Part shown: positions 36,523 to 47,659 of the stretch, one piece after another | Layout: the number at the start of each line of letters is the position of its first letter | Numbering within the stretch: position 1 is the stretch's first letter | Assembly: GCA_963845515.1 (NCBI GenBank) | Contig: CAWJSR010000019.1 | Span: 23,558 to 87,557 of the forward strand | DNA from: an uncultured delta proteobacterium | GTDB taxonomy: Bacteria; Myxococcota; Myxococcia; Myxococcales; Anaeromyxobacteraceae | DNA: 64,000 bases | Direction: 5' to 3' | The notes under the pieces: generated by a model | The model's input: only the letters and a program-made list of their open reading frames with translations | Database searches by the model: none | Told to the model about the DNA's origin: nothing | Program-made: the position numbers and the translations under genes

Positions 36523-38094
36523 CTACCGGATACGTATCCCGTAGATCGTCCCGCCCCGCGTCCCCACCACCGCCAGGTCACCGAAGACGGCCGGGCTCGC
36601 CTCGATGTTGGCGTCCAGCCTGAGCGTCCGGGCGATGGTGCCGTCGGCGCCGTCGACGAGGTGCAGCCGGCCGGCGCGGTCTCCCTGGAGGATCCAGCTC
36701 CTCCCGGCCTCCAGATCCCGGATCGCGGTCGGCGTCGACCACGCGTCGGTGCGGAGCGGCCTCCGCCAGAGCTCGCGCCCGTCCGCCTTAGCCAGCGCCA
36801 CCATCGCGCCCCGCTCCGGGCAGCGCGAGAGCGTCACCACGATCCGGTCCCCGAGATCCGCGGAGCCGACGAGGGGCGTCGCGAACACGCCTGCCTGCAC
36901 CGTCTTCGCTCCGACCTGCTCACCGCGGCAGGCGAACCCCTGCTCCCAGAGCACGCGCCCCGTCAGCCCATCGATCTTCCGGATGCGGCTCCGCCCCTTC
37001 AGCCCCTGCGCGTCCACCTCGCTCGCGGTGTAGAGCACCGGGCCGCCCTCCTCGACGTCCACGACGAGGCTCGCGTCGGTGTCGTCCCCCACGTGGAGCG
37101 CCCACGCGGGCCGAAGCGTGGAGAGGTCGAGCGCCTGGACCGTGCCCCCGTTGTCGGCGAAGAAGGCCAGGTTCCGGTAGACCGCCAGTGAGTTCTCGAT
37201 GCCGCGCCGGCCCTGCGCGGCGTCGCTGAAGCGGTAGCGCACGACGCGCGGTGAGAGGGCGAGCCTGAAGGCGAGCGGGTCGTAGTCGGTGTTCAGCTCC
37301 ACCGCGTAGACCATGCCGTTCTCCCCGCCGACCAGGAACGTGTCGGTCTCCCGGTTCACGAGCCCGGAGCCGTCGAACGCCCCCCAGTCGCGCGGCGCCG
37401 CGCCGTCCCGGCCCGGGAGGAACAGCAGCTCCTCGTGCGTGATGAGGGAGTAGGCGCGCAGGCCGATGGGGCGTCTCCCGGGGATCCCCTGGCCGACGAA
37501 GAGGAGCGGCCACCCTCGGGGATCGAGCGAGACGCTCCCCTTGATGGGGTTGCCGGTCCGCAGCGGAGGCCGTGTCGCGCGACCGGTCTCGAGATCGATG
37601 AAGTAGACGTTGCCGTCGAGAGAGCCCTGGATCACCTCGACGAGCTGCTTCCCCGCCGAGCGCCGGTTCAGCAGCGGCATCGAGCGCCGGACCGGCTCGC
37701 CCCAGCGGACGATGACGGGCTGGCCGGTCCAGCCCGCGCCGCCGCCCCACCTGGCGGTCCCGGGCCCCGTCTTGAACGTCCACGCCACCTCGAGCGAGCG
37801 CCGCGAGACGCTGCGATCGCCGAAGGCGCCGCCGTCGCGCAGTGGGCCGCCCCGGAACGTCGTGATCCCGTCGACCTCGGAGTAGCGGTCGGGGAAGACC
37901 TGCGGCGAGAGGACCGGCGGCACCGGGAGCTCGCCACCGCCCATGTAGACGTCCGAGCGGAGCGGCGTGAGCGACGCCGGGTCGCCCCGCGTCTCCAGGG
38001 GCGTGGACGTGGCGAGGCGGTGGGCCGCCTGCGGCGGCGCCGCCAGCAGCAGCGCGCCCGCGAGGGCCCCGGGGAGGATGCAGCGGCCGTCCAT
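36523..38094 (-). CDS. Secreted PQQ-like beta-propeller repeat protein
   Basis: Signal-like N-terminus; W-containing propeller blades (GRVLWE, GRELWR, AWSTP, EASPAV). Confidence 0.8.
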   Translation of the reverse strand: MDGRCILPGALAGALLLAAPPQAAHRLATSTPLETRGDPASLTPLRSDVYMGGGELPVPPVLSPQVFPDRYSEVDGITTFRGGPLRDGGAFGDRSVSRRSLEVAWTFKTGPGTARWGGGAGWTGQPVIVRWGEPVRRSMPLLNRRSAGKQLVEVIQGSLDGNVYFIDLETGRATRPPLRTGNPIKGSVSLDPRGWPLLFVGQGIPGRRPIGLRAYSLITHEELLFLPGRDGAAPRDWGAFDGSGLVNRETDTFLVGGENGMVYAVELNTDYDPLAFRLALSPRVVRYRFSDAAQGRRGIENSLAVYRNLAFFADNGGTVQALDLSTLRPAWALHVGDDTDASLVVDVEEGGPVLYTASEVDAQGLKGRSRIRKIDGLTGRVLWEQGFACRGEQVGAKTVQAGVFATPLVGSADLGDRIVVTLSRCPERGAMVALAKADGRELWRRPLRTDAWSTPTAIRDLEAGRSWILQGDRAGRLHLVDGADGTIARTLRLDANIEASPAVFGDLAVVGTRGGTIYGIRIR

Positions 38095-38177
38095 CACCCG
38101 AGCGTAGCGCGCCCCGCGCCGGCGCGCCCGTTGGCGTCCCGCGTCGTGATAGAGATCCTGCACACGGAGGTGGCGCG

Positions 38178-38423
38178 ATGAAGGCGGCGTTCGTGATGGT
38201 GAAGTGCGAGCTGGGGCGTCTCGAGGATGTTGCAAACGCCATCATGGAGCTCGACGGCGTTAGCGAGGTCCACTCCGTGACCGGCTCGTGGGACCTGCTC
38301 GTGAAGCTCTTCGCGCCGAGCTACGAGGCCTTCGGTGACCTGATCCCCGACGTCCTGCAGAAGGTCCCGGGCATCCGGGAGACCGAGACCCTGCTGGCCT
38401 TCCGGGCCTTCAAGCCGCAGTAG
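38178..38423 (+). CDS. Lrp/AsnC ligand-binding domain protein (no HTH)
   Basis: VSEVHSVTGSWDLLVK...VPGIRETETL; GGAGG RBS. Confidence 0.88.
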   Translation: MKAAFVMVKCELGRLEDVANAIMELDGVSEVHSVTGSWDLLVKLFAPSYEAFGDLIPDVLQKVPGIRETETLLAFRAFKPQ

Positions 38424-39483
38424 GGGGCTGCCCAGGCTCCGCGGCGGGCTCGCGGCCGAGCCTCCACATCCGGACCACCGCCAGGAGGAACGTGACGGTG
38501 AGCGGCCCGAGCAGGACGCCGATCGGGCCGAACGCGGCGATCCCTGCGATCAGCGCGAAGAAGACGATCCCGCCGTGCAGCTCCATCCCGCCGCGCAGCA
38601 GCCAGGGGCGGGCGATCGTGTCCACCGTCGAGACCACGGCCGCGCCCCACACCAGCAGGAAGACGCCGCTGGCCGTGTGGCCCAGCGCCAGCTGGATGAG
38701 CCCCGTCCCGATCACCACCACGGTCCCGCCGACTGCCGGGACGAGCGCGACGATGAAGGTCACGAAGGAGAGGAAGAAGACGTTGGGCACCCGCCCCACC
38801 AGGTAGCCGATCAGCGCGGCGACCGTCTGGATGCCGGCGGTGCCGAGCGTGGCGACGAGGACGGCCGACGCCGTCCGCCGGAACTCGCCCAGCATCGCGC
38901 GAAGCTGGCCGGGCGGGAGGGGCAGCGACTCCTCCGCCCAGGAGACGAGCCGGGTCCCGTCGACGAGCAGGAAGTAGAAGAGCGCGAGGGCGATGCCAGT
39001 CTGGAGCAGCGCACCGCCCGTCGCGGCGAGGACCCCGCCGAACGCCCGGGCGGCCTGCCCGCTGCTCTTGCCCACGAACCCTTGCAGCTCCTCCTCGGCC
39101 CTGGGCAGGACGGCGAGGAACCCTTCGGCGAGCGGCTGTAGCGCGGACGGGAGCTTCCCCAGGAGCCCCGCCACCCCCTCCGACTCCAGCGCTGCGCGAA
39201 GCCAGGCGACGCCGGCGATCGACTCCGAGACGAGGACGGTCGCCAGCGTCGCGAGCGGGGCGGCGACGGCGAGCAGGAGCCCGAGGGTGATCAGGGCCGC
39301 GGCGAGGTGACGGCGCCTGCGCATCCGGGCGGCGAGCCACTCCATCGCCGGCCTGAGGACCGCCGCCATCACCGCCGCGACGAGCACGGCTCCCCAGAAC
39401 GGCCAGACGAGGAGGCCGGCGAGGAGCAGCGCCGCGAAGGTCAGCGCGAGCAGGACGCGTCGGGCGGCGGGGTCGGAGGTCAC
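38410..39483 (-). CDS. AI-2E family transporter
   Basis: Multi-TM; FYFLLVDG, VDTIARP, GIAAFGPIGVLLGP. Confidence 0.9.
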   Translation of the reverse strand: MTSDPAARRVLLALTFAALLLAGLLVWPFWGAVLVAAVMAAVLRPAMEWLAARMRRRRHLAAALITLGLLLAVAAPLATLATVLVSESIAGVAWLRAALESEGVAGLLGKLPSALQPLAEGFLAVLPRAEEELQGFVGKSSGQAARAFGGVLAATGGALLQTGIALALFYFLLVDGTRLVSWAEESLPLPPGQLRAMLGEFRRTASAVLVATLGTAGIQTVAALIGYLVGRVPNVFFLSFVTFIVALVPAVGGTVVVIGTGLIQLALGHTASGVFLLVWGAAVVSTVDTIARPWLLRGGMELHGGIVFFALIAGIAAFGPIGVLLGPLTVTFLLAVVRMWRLGREPAAEPGQPPTAA

Positions 39484-39488
39484 GGCCG

Positions 39489-40022
39489 TCAGTACTTCAG
39501 GAGCGAGTGGACCCGCTCCTGGCCCAGCCGCCGCGCGCCGTGGAGGAAGCCGAGCTCCACGAGGAAGGAGAAGGAGACGAGCTGCGCGCCCTGGCGCGCC
39601 ACCAGCCGGCCGACGGCGTCGGCCGTCCCGCCGGTGGCCAGCACGTCGTCCACGACGAGCACGCGGTCACGCGGCCCGACCGCGTCGATGTGGAGCTCGA
39701 GCACGTTCTCGCCGTACTCCAGCGAGTAGGCCTCCCGGATCACCTGCCACGGTAGCTTCCCGGGCTTTCGCACGATGGTGAAGCCGGCGCCCAGCGCGTA
39801 CGCGAGCGGCGCGCCGAAGATGAAGCCGCGCGACTCGATCGCGACCACCTTGTCGATCCGCTCGTCCTTCCAGCGAGCGACGAAGGCGTCGATCACCGTG
39901 CGGAAGAGCTTCGGGTCGGAGAGGACGGGGGTGATGTCCTTGAAGACGATCCCCTGCTGGGGGAAGTCCGGGACGTCGCGGATTCGGGCGCGGACGGCAT
40001 CCATGGACGTGGTTTCTATCAC
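39489..40022 (-). CDS. apt: Adenine phosphoribosyltransferase
   Basis: [42 protein letters not shown]. Confidence 0.98.
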   Translation of the reverse strand: MIETTSMDAVRARIRDVPDFPQQGIVFKDITPVLSDPKLFRTVIDAFVARWKDERIDKVVAIESRGFIFGAPLAYALGAGFTIVRKPGKLPWQVIREAYSLEYGENVLELHIDAVGPRDRVLVVDDVLATGGTADAVGRLVARQGAQLVSFSFLVELGFLHGARRLGQERVHSLLKY

Positions 40023-40031
40023 GGGCCCTCG

Positions 40032-40951
40032 TCAGTTGAGATAGAGGAGCGGGTTGCGCGGCCGTGTCCCGTCACGGATCTCGAAGTGGAGGTGGGGGCC
40101 GCTCGTCCGCCCGGTCTGCCCAACCTCGCCGATCGGGTCGCCGCGCTCCACCCGCTTCCCCTCGTCCACGAGCGACCGGCGCATGTGGGCGTACAGCGTG
40201 ACCAGCCCCCCGGGGTGGCGGAGGATGACTATCCGGCCGTAGCCCGACTGCTCGCCGACGTAGATCACCTCGCCGGCAGAGGCCGCTCCGACCCGCGTCC
40301 CCTCGGGCGCGGCCAGATCGATCCCGTCGTGCCGCCGGCCGCTCCGCACACCGAAGCGCCCGTAGAGGACGCCCTTGAGGGGCCACGCGAACGCCGCCGG
40401 CGGCCGCCCGATCGGGGCGGCGCGCGCGACTGGCTCGGGCTCCGGAGCCCGCTCGCGCGGGCGCTCCTCGCGCTCGGGGGCGGCGCGCTCCGGGGCGGCG
40501 CGGGCGGAGGGGGGCGGGCCCCGTTCCCGTCCGGTGCCGGGTCGGGCGGGCGCGCACCCGGCGGGCGAGCGTCCGGAGCATGCGCCGGTGCAGCCGGCCC
40601 GGGCGCCGGCGCGGGCGGCACGTCGAGGACGCGGTCCGCGCCCGGGATCCAGAGCTCCTGGCCGACCGAGAGGTCGCGCGGATCGGCGATCCCGTTGGTC
40701 TCCATGAGATCGGCGACGTCGATGGCGTAGGTCCGGGCGATCCGGTAGAGCGTCTCGCCCCGCTTGACCACGTGCGCTACGCCGGAGAGCTCCAGCTCGT
40801 CGTGGATGTGGGCGTCGGCGAAGACGACGGAGAGCGGCCTGTACGGGCGCGGCGCGGCGCAGCCGGCCAGGGACGCGAGGGCGACCGTGATCGCCGCGAG
40901 CCTCGAGAGCCCGTGAGGGCTTCGGGCAGCCCGGGCCGCCCGCCCGCTCAC
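40032..40951 (-). CDS. nlpD: LysM + M23 lipoprotein (NlpD-like), frameshifted in a 6-base homopolymer at about 40509-40514
   Basis: LAGC lipobox and HVVKRGETLYRIA LysM in one frame; FAWPLKG, HDGID, LYAH and GPHLHFEIR in the next; lies downstream of surE. Confidence 0.85.
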
Positions 40952-41715
40952 CGCGCGGTTCCCCCCGCGTAGCCGGGGAGCTCTAGCGTGGCGAGCCCCG
41001 CGAGGAGCCCATCGTGCGTCGAGTCGAGCCGGAGGGGCGTGACCGAGGCGAGGCCGTCCGCGAGCACCGTGTTGCAGTCCGAGCCGGGGATGTCCTGGTT
41101 CTGCGCGCCCCCTTCGCCGCCGATCCAGTAGTAGTGGCGGCCGCGCGGGTCGACCTTCTCCACGACGGCGTTGCCGTAGGTCCGCTTCCCGAGTGGCGCG
41201 ACGCGGAAGCCGCGCACCGGGCCGGCCGGGACGTTCACGTTGAGCAGGAGCGTCCCGGGGGTGAGCGGGGTCGCGGCGACGCGCCGGGCCAGGGCGGCGG
41301 CGAAGCGAGCCGCCTCGGTGAAGTCGTGTGGCGGCGCCGCAGCCAGCGAGACGGCCAGGGCATTGACGCCGAGCAGCGCTCCCTCCATCGCCGCCGCGAC
41401 CGTCCCCGAGTAGTGGACGTCGTTGGCGAGGTTGGGGCCGTGGTTGATCCCGGAGACGACGAGGTCCACCCGCTTGCCCTTGAGCACGTGGTGGAGCCCG
41501 ATGTAGACGGCGTCGGTGGGGGTGCCGTCGACCGACCAACGTCGAGGCGAGAGCTCGTGGATCCTCAGCGGCCGGTGGAGGGAGATGGCGTGCGAGGAGG
41601 CGGACTGCTCCCGGTCCGGAGCCACCACCCAGACCTCGTCGCCCTCGAAGGCCGCCGCCAGGGCGCGGATGCCGGCGGCGTGTACCCCGTCGTCGTTGGA
41701 GAGGAGGATGCGCAC
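40948..41715 (-). CDS. surE: 5'/3'-nucleotidase SurE
   Basis: RILLSNDDG, VAPDREQSASSH, GTPTDAV, SGINHGPN, YSGTVAAAMEG. Confidence 0.97.
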   Translation of the reverse strand: MRILLSNDDGVHAAGIRALAAAFEGDEVWVVAPDREQSASSHAISLHRPLRIHELSPRRWSVDGTPTDAVYIGLHHVLKGKRVDLVVSGINHGPNLANDVHYSGTVAAAMEGALLGVNALAVSLAAAPPHDFTEAARFAAALARRVAATPLTPGTLLLNVNVPAGPVRGFRVAPLGKRTYGNAVVEKVDPRGRHYYWIGGEGGAQNQDIPGSDCNTVLADGLASVTPLRLDSTHDGLLAGLATLELPGYAGGTAR

Positions 41716-41773
41716 TCACGGAATCTACACCAGAGGGGGCCGCGACGCCCCCGCGCTGGTAGACTCGCGCCCA

Positions 41774-42964
41774 ATGCTGCTGAGCATCCGGTCTAAGCTC
41801 ATCACGGCGCTGGTGGCGGGGCTCGTCCTGGTCGCCGTCGCCACCGCCTACCTGATGCGCTTCGTCCACGAGCGGGCGATCCAGCGCGCGAGCCTCCGCG
41901 AGATGGTGGCCGAGAGCTTCGCCTTCGAGCGGGCCCAGTCGATCGACGAGGAGCGGCTCGCCGGGTTCCTCGACGTCATCATGGCGGATGGCGAGCTCGC
42001 CCGGCGCGTAGCCGAAGGCGACAGGGAGGCGCTGCACGCCGCCGCTGCGCCGCTGTTCGAGCGGCTCCGCGACCTCAGCGGCGTGACCCACTGGACCTTC
42101 CACTCGCCGGATCCCGCGGACGGGGTCCTCCTCCGGATGCACCGGCCCGATGAGTTCGGGGATGTCGTGAGGCGCCCGTCCTTCCTGCAGGCGGTCGCCA
42201 CCGGAAAGGAGGCCAGCGGGCGGGAGCTGGGTCGCACCGCCTACGCCGTCCGCGTCGTCCGCCCCTGGCGACTCGGCGCTCGGCTCATCGGGTACGTCGA
42301 GCTGGGGATCGACTTCCACACCTTCCTCAACCAGCTCCGCAGCATCCGGTTCGAGGAGTACGGCGTCCTGCTCGTGAAGAGCAGGCTGGACCGCGAGGCG
42401 TGGGGCAGGACCAAGGGGGCGCGCGGCTGGAACGACCGGGCGGAGCTCGTCGTGCTCGACAGCACCAGCCACGACGACGAGATCCTCCGGGGCTTCGCGC
42501 GCGTCGTCGAGGTGCCGACGGAGCCGCGGGTCCTGGACCGGATCGGCCGGCGCGGCGCGATCCTCGAGCGCGGCGCCTTCCCGCTCGTGGCCCGCGACGG
42601 GTCGGTGGAGGGGATGGTCCTGGTGGAGCGCGACGTGACGCCGCTCTACGAGGGTATGGACGACCTGCGGAACCGGGTCGTGGTCCTGGTGGCGCTGCTG
42701 GCGCTGGGGCTGGCTGCGTTCGTCGTCTTCATCGTGGAGACGCTGATCTTCGAGCGGATCAACCGGATGGGCGCGGTCCTGGAGGAGCTGCCGGAGCGGC
42801 TGGCCCGCGGCGACTCCCTGGAGGGCGAGATCGTCCCGCGGAACGACGACGAGATCGGCCGCTTCGAGAGGTTCCTAGCGCGGGCGCTCCAGACCATCGG
42901 ATCGTTCGTCGCCGAGAGCCGGCGCGATCGTCGGGGCCCGCCGCCTGGCTTCTTCGACCGGTAG
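41774..42964 (+). CDS. Two-TM Cache-like sensor with HAMP domain and no output domain
   Basis: TM1; periplasmic VLLRMHRPDEFGD...GRELG...VRPW...IGYVELG (dCache_3-like); TM2; HAMP (RNDDEIGRF); stop about 30 aa later. Confidence 0.75.
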   Translation: MLLSIRSKLITALVAGLVLVAVATAYLMRFVHERAIQRASLREMVAESFAFERAQSIDEERLAGFLDVIMADGELARRVAEGDREALHAAAAPLFERLRDLSGVTHWTFHSPDPADGVLLRMHRPDEFGDVVRRPSFLQAVATGKEASGRELGRTAYAVRVVRPWRLGARLIGYVELGIDFHTFLNQLRSIRFEEYGVLLVKSRLDREAWGRTKGARGWNDRAELVVLDSTSHDDEILRGFARVVEVPTEPRVLDRIGRRGAILERGAFPLVARDGSVEGMVLVERDVTPLYEGMDDLRNRVVVLVALLALGLAAFVVFIVETLIFERINRMGAVLEELPERLARGDSLEGEIVPRNDDEIGRFERFLARALQTIGSFVAESRRDRRGPPPGFFDR

Positions 42965-42968
42965 CCGC

Positions 42969-43886
42969 TCAGCCGGCGGGCCTGCGCTGCCGCGAGAGCG
43001 CCTCGGCGGTGTATAGCCCCAGCGAGAGCCAGATGAGACCGAAGGCGACCGCGTGCACGCGGTCGAAGCCCTCGCCGTACAGCCAGACCGCCAGCAGCAG
43101 CTGCGTCGAGGGGGTGACGTACTGGACGAAGCCGACGGTGGAGAGCTTGAGCCGGTGCACGGCGAGCCCGAACCAGACTAGCGGCAGCGCGGTGATGACG
43201 CCGCCCGCGGCGAGCAGCAGCGAGATCCGGAGGCCGGCGCCGAACGCGCCCGCGCCGCGGCTCTCCAGCCAGCAGAGCCAGCCCGCCGCGAGCGGCGCCA
43301 GGAGCAGCATCTCGACGAGCAGACCGACCGACGCGTCCACCTTCGCCCGCTTTCGGAGGAGGCCATAGATGCCGAAGGAGGCCGCGAGCGTCAGCGGGAT
43401 CCACGGCAGCCCACCCACGTGGAGCGCCAGCACGAGCACCCCGGAGGCGGCGAGAGCGACCGCCCAGCGCGAGAGACGGGTGAGCCCCTCGCCCAGGAAG
43501 AGCGCGCCGAGCAGGACGTTCACGAGCGGGTTGATGAAGTACCCGAGGCTCGCGTCGACGATGCGTCCGGCGTTCACCGCCCAGACGTAGACGCCCCAGT
43601 TGAGCGCGATGAGGCTGGTGGTGACGCCGAGGATGGCCAGCGTCGCCGGCGTCCGGAGGATGCGGCTCACGTCGGGCCAGCGCCCCCTGGCGGTCACGTA
43701 GCCCGCCATGAAGAGGGCGGACCAGGGGATCCGGTGGGCGAGGATCTCCAGCGCCGGGAGGCCGCCGAGCGCCTTGAAGTAGAGGGGGAAGAAGCCCCAG
43801 GCCCCATACGCGGCGAAGGCAAATGCAAGCCCGCGGGCCCGCTCGTCGCGAGGAGGGGCCGGTGTGGGTCTTGGCGCGGCAGCCAT
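42969..43886 (-). CDS. rarD: EamA-family transporter RarD
   Basis: WGFFPLYFK, EILAHRIPWS, ASLGYFINPL, YGLLRK, GFVQYVTPS. Confidence 0.95.
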   Translation of the reverse strand: MAAAPRPTPAPPRDERARGLAFAFAAYGAWGFFPLYFKALGGLPALEILAHRIPWSALFMAGYVTARGRWPDVSRILRTPATLAILGVTTSLIALNWGVYVWAVNAGRIVDASLGYFINPLVNVLLGALFLGEGLTRLSRWAVALAASGVLVLALHVGGLPWIPLTLAASFGIYGLLRKRAKVDASVGLLVEMLLLAPLAAGWLCWLESRGAGAFGAGLRISLLLAAGGVITALPLVWFGLAVHRLKLSTVGFVQYVTPSTQLLLAVWLYGEGFDRVHAVAFGLIWLSLGLYTAEALSRQRRPAG

Positions 43887-43980
43887 CGGGGCGCGCATCC
43901 TATCCGGGGGCCGGCCCGCGCGCACGCCACGGGAGTATGATCCACCTGCGGGCATGACGCCCAGCGTGAAGGGGACGGCG

Positions 43981-44427
43981 ATGGCAAGGCTCGACTGGAA
44001 GCGGATCCTCTGTCCGGTGGACTTCTCCGAGACCGCCCGCGCCGCGATGGAGACGGCGATCGAGCTCGCGGGGAAGTTCGACGCGGACCTGGTGCTGGTC
44101 CACGCGTACCCGATCCCGGGCTACACCTTCCCGGACGGGTCCGCGGTTGCCAGCTCGCGGATGTTGCAGGACCTGTCCGACGAGGCCGCGCGCCACCTCG
44201 ACGAGTGGCGAAACCTGGCGGTGAAGGCTGGGGCGACGCGGGTGTCGGTCGAGACCGCGGTGGGCGATCCGGCTGGCGAGATCGTGCGCATCGCGCAGGA
44301 CTCGAAGATCGATCTCGTCGTGATGGGGACGCATGGCCGCACCGGGATCGAGCACGCCCTGATGGGCTCGATCGCGGAGCGCGTCGTTCGCCGCGCGAAG
44401 TGTCCAGTCCTCACGGTTCGCAGGTGA
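43981..44427 (+). CDS. Universal stress protein
   Basis: ILCPVDFSE, GDPAGEI, DLVVMGTHGRTG...GSIAERVVRRAKCPVLTV. Confidence 0.95.
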   Translation: MARLDWKRILCPVDFSETARAAMETAIELAGKFDADLVLVHAYPIPGYTFPDGSAVASSRMLQDLSDEAARHLDEWRNLAVKAGATRVSVETAVGDPAGEIVRIAQDSKIDLVVMGTHGRTGIEHALMGSIAERVVRRAKCPVLTVRR

Positions 44428-44527
44428 CGCAGCAGCGCTCACACTGTCAGTGGAGCGCCATACCCATGCGGGGCGATGTACCGGCGCTGGGAGTCGTTAC
44501 CTCTTGGGGAGACCCGGAGGCAATGAC

Positions 44528-44947
<420 letters not shown>

Positions 44948-44994
44948 CGCCGTGAGGGCGCCGGGGCGCTCCGGCGCTCCTGCGCCGGGGAGAG

Positions 44995-46392
44995 ATGCGC
45001 ATGCCCGGCGAAGGCAGCTTCCAGCCCACCGAGGGGCTCTCCTACGACCCGTCGGAGGAGCGGTACTGGCAGCGCGGCCTCGTCGATCTGGAGGTGACGC
45101 GCGCCTTCGGGATCTGCGCGGGCTGCAGGCTCTGCTTCAAGTACTGCGATGCGTTCCCGCGCCTCTTCTCGTTCGTCGACGAGCGCCACGCCGGAGACGT
45201 GAGGAAGGTGGACGCCGCCGAGACGCGCCAGGTGATGGACGCCTGCTTCCAGTGCAAGCTCTGCGAGGTCCAGTGCCCCTACACGCCTCGTGACAAGCAC
45301 CCGTTCCAGCTCGACTTCCCCAGGCTGGTTCATCGCTGGCGCGCCGTGGACCGGCTCGGCAAGGGGAAGACCCTGCGGATGCGCGTCCTCAACGACCCGG
45401 ACACCGCCGGGAGGATGGCGCGCCTCTCCCCGGGGCTGGCCAACGCGGCCAACCGCTCCCGCCCGCTCCGGGTGCTGATGGAGAAGACGGTCGGCATCCA
45501 CCGCGACAAGCTGCTCCCCGACTTCGCGGCGGAGCCCTTCGACGCCTGGGCCGAGAAGCACGGCCACGTGAAGGGCGCCCCGGGGGGCGAGGTGGTGCTC
45601 TTCCAGACCTGCTTCGTGCAGCACAACGACCCCGGGCTCGGGCGCGACGTGATCGAGGTGCTCGTTCGCAACCGAGTGGACGTTCGGGTGGTGAAGGGGC
45701 TCGCCTGCTGCGGGATGCCGGCGTGGGAGCAGGGGGACCTCGCCTCGCTCCGGGCGCAGGCGCGGCGCGACCTCGACCTCTTGATCCCCTTCGTCGAGAA
45801 GGGGGCGAAGGTGCTGGTGGTGAACCCGACCTGCTCGATGATGATGCGCCGGGAGTGGCCGCACCTGCTCGACGGGCCCGACCGCGCACGCTCGGAGCTG
45901 CTGGCGCCGGCCGTGATGGACGCCGGCGAGTACGTCTGGTCGATCCGCGACGAGCCGCGCTTCAACACCGAGTTCAAGTCGGCGCCGCCGGAGGGGAAGG
46001 TCGCGTATCACGCGCCGTGCCACCTGCGAGCCCAGGGGATCGGCTTCAAGGGGCGCGATCTGCTCCGCAAGATCCCGGGCGTCACCGTGACCGCGAGCGT
46101 GCTCGAGTGCTGCGGGCACGACGGCACCTTCGCCATGACCGTGGAGGGGTTCGGGCCGTCCGCCAGGGCGGGCAGGAAGGCGTTCGACGGGATGAAGGCG
46201 GCGGAGGCGCGCGTCTGGGCGACCGACTGCCCGCTCGCCGCCATCCAGTTCCAGCAGCACGCCGGGAGGAAGCCTCTCCATCCACTCTCGATCCTGGCCA
46301 GGGCGTACCGGGGCGATTCGTTCGAGGAGGGCGCCGCAGGCGCCGGCGAGGCAATGGAGGGGGGCGGAGCGAAGGGAGGAGGGGAGCGATGA
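44995..46392 (+). CDS. Heterodisulfide reductase/GlpC-like Fe-S oxidoreductase
   Basis: [11 protein letters not shown] and [11 protein letters not shown] 4Fe-4S motifs; two CCG motifs. Confidence 0.9.
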   Translation: MRMPGEGSFQPTEGLSYDPSEERYWQRGLVDLEVTRAFGICAGCRLCFKYCDAFPRLFSFVDERHAGDVRKVDAAETRQVMDACFQCKLCEVQCPYTPRDKHPFQLDFPRLVHRWRAVDRLGKGKTLRMRVLNDPDTAGRMARLSPGLANAANRSRPLRVLMEKTVGIHRDKLLPDFAAEPFDAWAEKHGHVKGAPGGEVVLFQTCFVQHNDPGLGRDVIEVLVRNRVDVRVVKGLACCGMPAWEQGDLASLRAQARRDLDLLIPFVEKGAKVLVVNPTCSMMMRREWPHLLDGPDRARSELLAPAVMDAGEYVWSIRDEPRFNTEFKSAPPEGKVAYHAPCHLRAQGIGFKGRDLLRKIPGVTVTASVLECCGHDGTFAMTVEGFGPSARAGRKAFDGMKAAEARVWATDCPLAAIQFQQHAGRKPLHPLSILARAYRGDSFEEGAAGAGEAMEGGGAKGGGER

Positions 46393-46943
46393 AGCCGCTG
46401 AGGCGCGAGGAGATCCTGGATCTTTCCACGTACGAGCGGGCGCGCGCCGAGATCCGGCCCGCCGTGATGGAGGCGAAGCGGCGGCGGCGCGTCCACCTGG
46501 GGAACGACCTGACGTTCCTCTTCGAGAACGCGGCGACGATGCGGTACCAGGTGCAGGAGATGATCCGCGCCGAGCGGATGGTGAAGGAGGAGGAGATCCG
46601 TCACGAGGTCGAGACCTACGGCGAGCTTCTGGGCGGCCCGGGCGAGCTCTCTGCGACGCTCCTCATCGAGATCGAGGACCCCGAGGAGCGGGACCGGCGG
46701 CTGCGGGAGTGGCTCGACCTCCCCGGCCGGATCTACCTGAAGCTCGAGGACGGAGAGCGCGTCCGCCCGCGCTTCGATCCACGCCAGGTCGGGACCGACC
46801 GGCTGTCGTCGGTCCAGTACCTGAAGTTCGACGTGAAGGGGAGGGTGCCGGTGGCGGTCGGCACCGATCTAGGCCAGCTCACCGGCGAGCAGCCGCTCAC
46901 CGAGGAGCAGCGGGCCGCCCTCGCGGAGGATCTCCGCTCCTAG
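46389..46943 (+). CDS. DUF3501 family protein
   Basis: [16 protein letters not shown]...[26 protein letters not shown]; third gene of the rubrerythrin trio. Confidence 0.88.
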   Translation: MKPLRREEILDLSTYERARAEIRPAVMEAKRRRRVHLGNDLTFLFENAATMRYQVQEMIRAERMVKEEEIRHEVETYGELLGGPGELSATLLIEIEDPEERDRRLREWLDLPGRIYLKLEDGERVRPRFDPRQVGTDRLSSVQYLKFDVKGRVPVAVGTDLGQLTGEQPLTEEQRAALAEDLRS

Positions 46944-46964
46944 CAGCGAGACAATCAGGTTGCG

Positions 46965-47561
46965 TCACCGGAGCTCGCGCAGCCGCTTCACCCCGAGCCG
47001 CTTGCGCAGCACCAGGAAGAGCTCCGCCGTCGAGATCGCGTCGGTGAGCGCGTCGTGGCGTCCGTAGTCTGGGAGGCCGAGCGCCTTCCGCGAACGGCTG
47101 AGGTTGAGCTCGGGGTCGATGTCGGGCGCCGAGGGGTCCACCCACCTCGCGCGCTGCGCCGTCTTCATCAACATGTCGACCGTGTCGACGACCGGCGGCT
47201 TCGGCCACTCCACTCCGACGGCTGCAAACGCGCGCTTGAGGAAGGAGACGTCTATCGAGGCCTGGTGGACGAGCAGGACTCCGCCGCGGAGCCGGACGTC
47301 CACGTGCGTAAGCGCCTCGCGGAGCGTAGGGGCGTTCGCCACGTCCGCGGGGACGAGGTGGTGCGCCGTGATCGACTCCGGGGAGATGACGCTTCCGGGG
47401 CGCACGAGCGAGGTCCAGGACTCCCCGACACGGATGCTGCCGTTCCTGATCGGCACCATCCCGATGGAGAGAATGGGGTCACTCTTCGGGTCGAGCCCCC
47501 CCGTCTCGAGGTCGACGGCCCAGAAGATGTGGCTGTCCCAAGCGGGCTCGAACCAGAACAT
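46965..47561 (-). CDS. DEDDh 3'-5' exonuclease (DnaQ-like)
   Basis: AVDLETGG, HQASIDVSFL, RHDALTDA. Confidence 0.92.
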   Translation of the reverse strand: MFWFEPAWDSHIFWAVDLETGGLDPKSDPILSIGMVPIRNGSIRVGESWTSLVRPGSVISPESITAHHLVPADVANAPTLREALTHVDVRLRGGVLLVHQASIDVSFLKRAFAAVGVEWPKPPVVDTVDMLMKTAQRARWVDPSAPDIDPELNLSRSRKALGLPDYGRHDALTDAISTAELFLVLRKRLGVKRLRELR

Positions 47562-47607
47562 CCGCATACTTAGTACCACGTGTGCGAAAGGTGGCGAGTG
47601 GATACAA

Positions 47608-47626
47608 GGTGGGATACCATCCCACC
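47608..47626. promoter_or_regulatory. Inverted repeat in the divergent exonuclease/EAL intergenic region
   Basis: GGTGGGAT-ACC-ATCCCACC with perfect 8-bp arms. Confidence 0.5.
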
Positions 47627-47659
47627 AGCTACTTGAGGGAGTACCCAGGAACGTGTCCC

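Noticed and set aside
40505..40516. Phase-variable homopolymer in nlpD
   Set aside because: Only 6 bases long, in data with other indels. Homopolymer miscall is more likely, though reads were not available to check.
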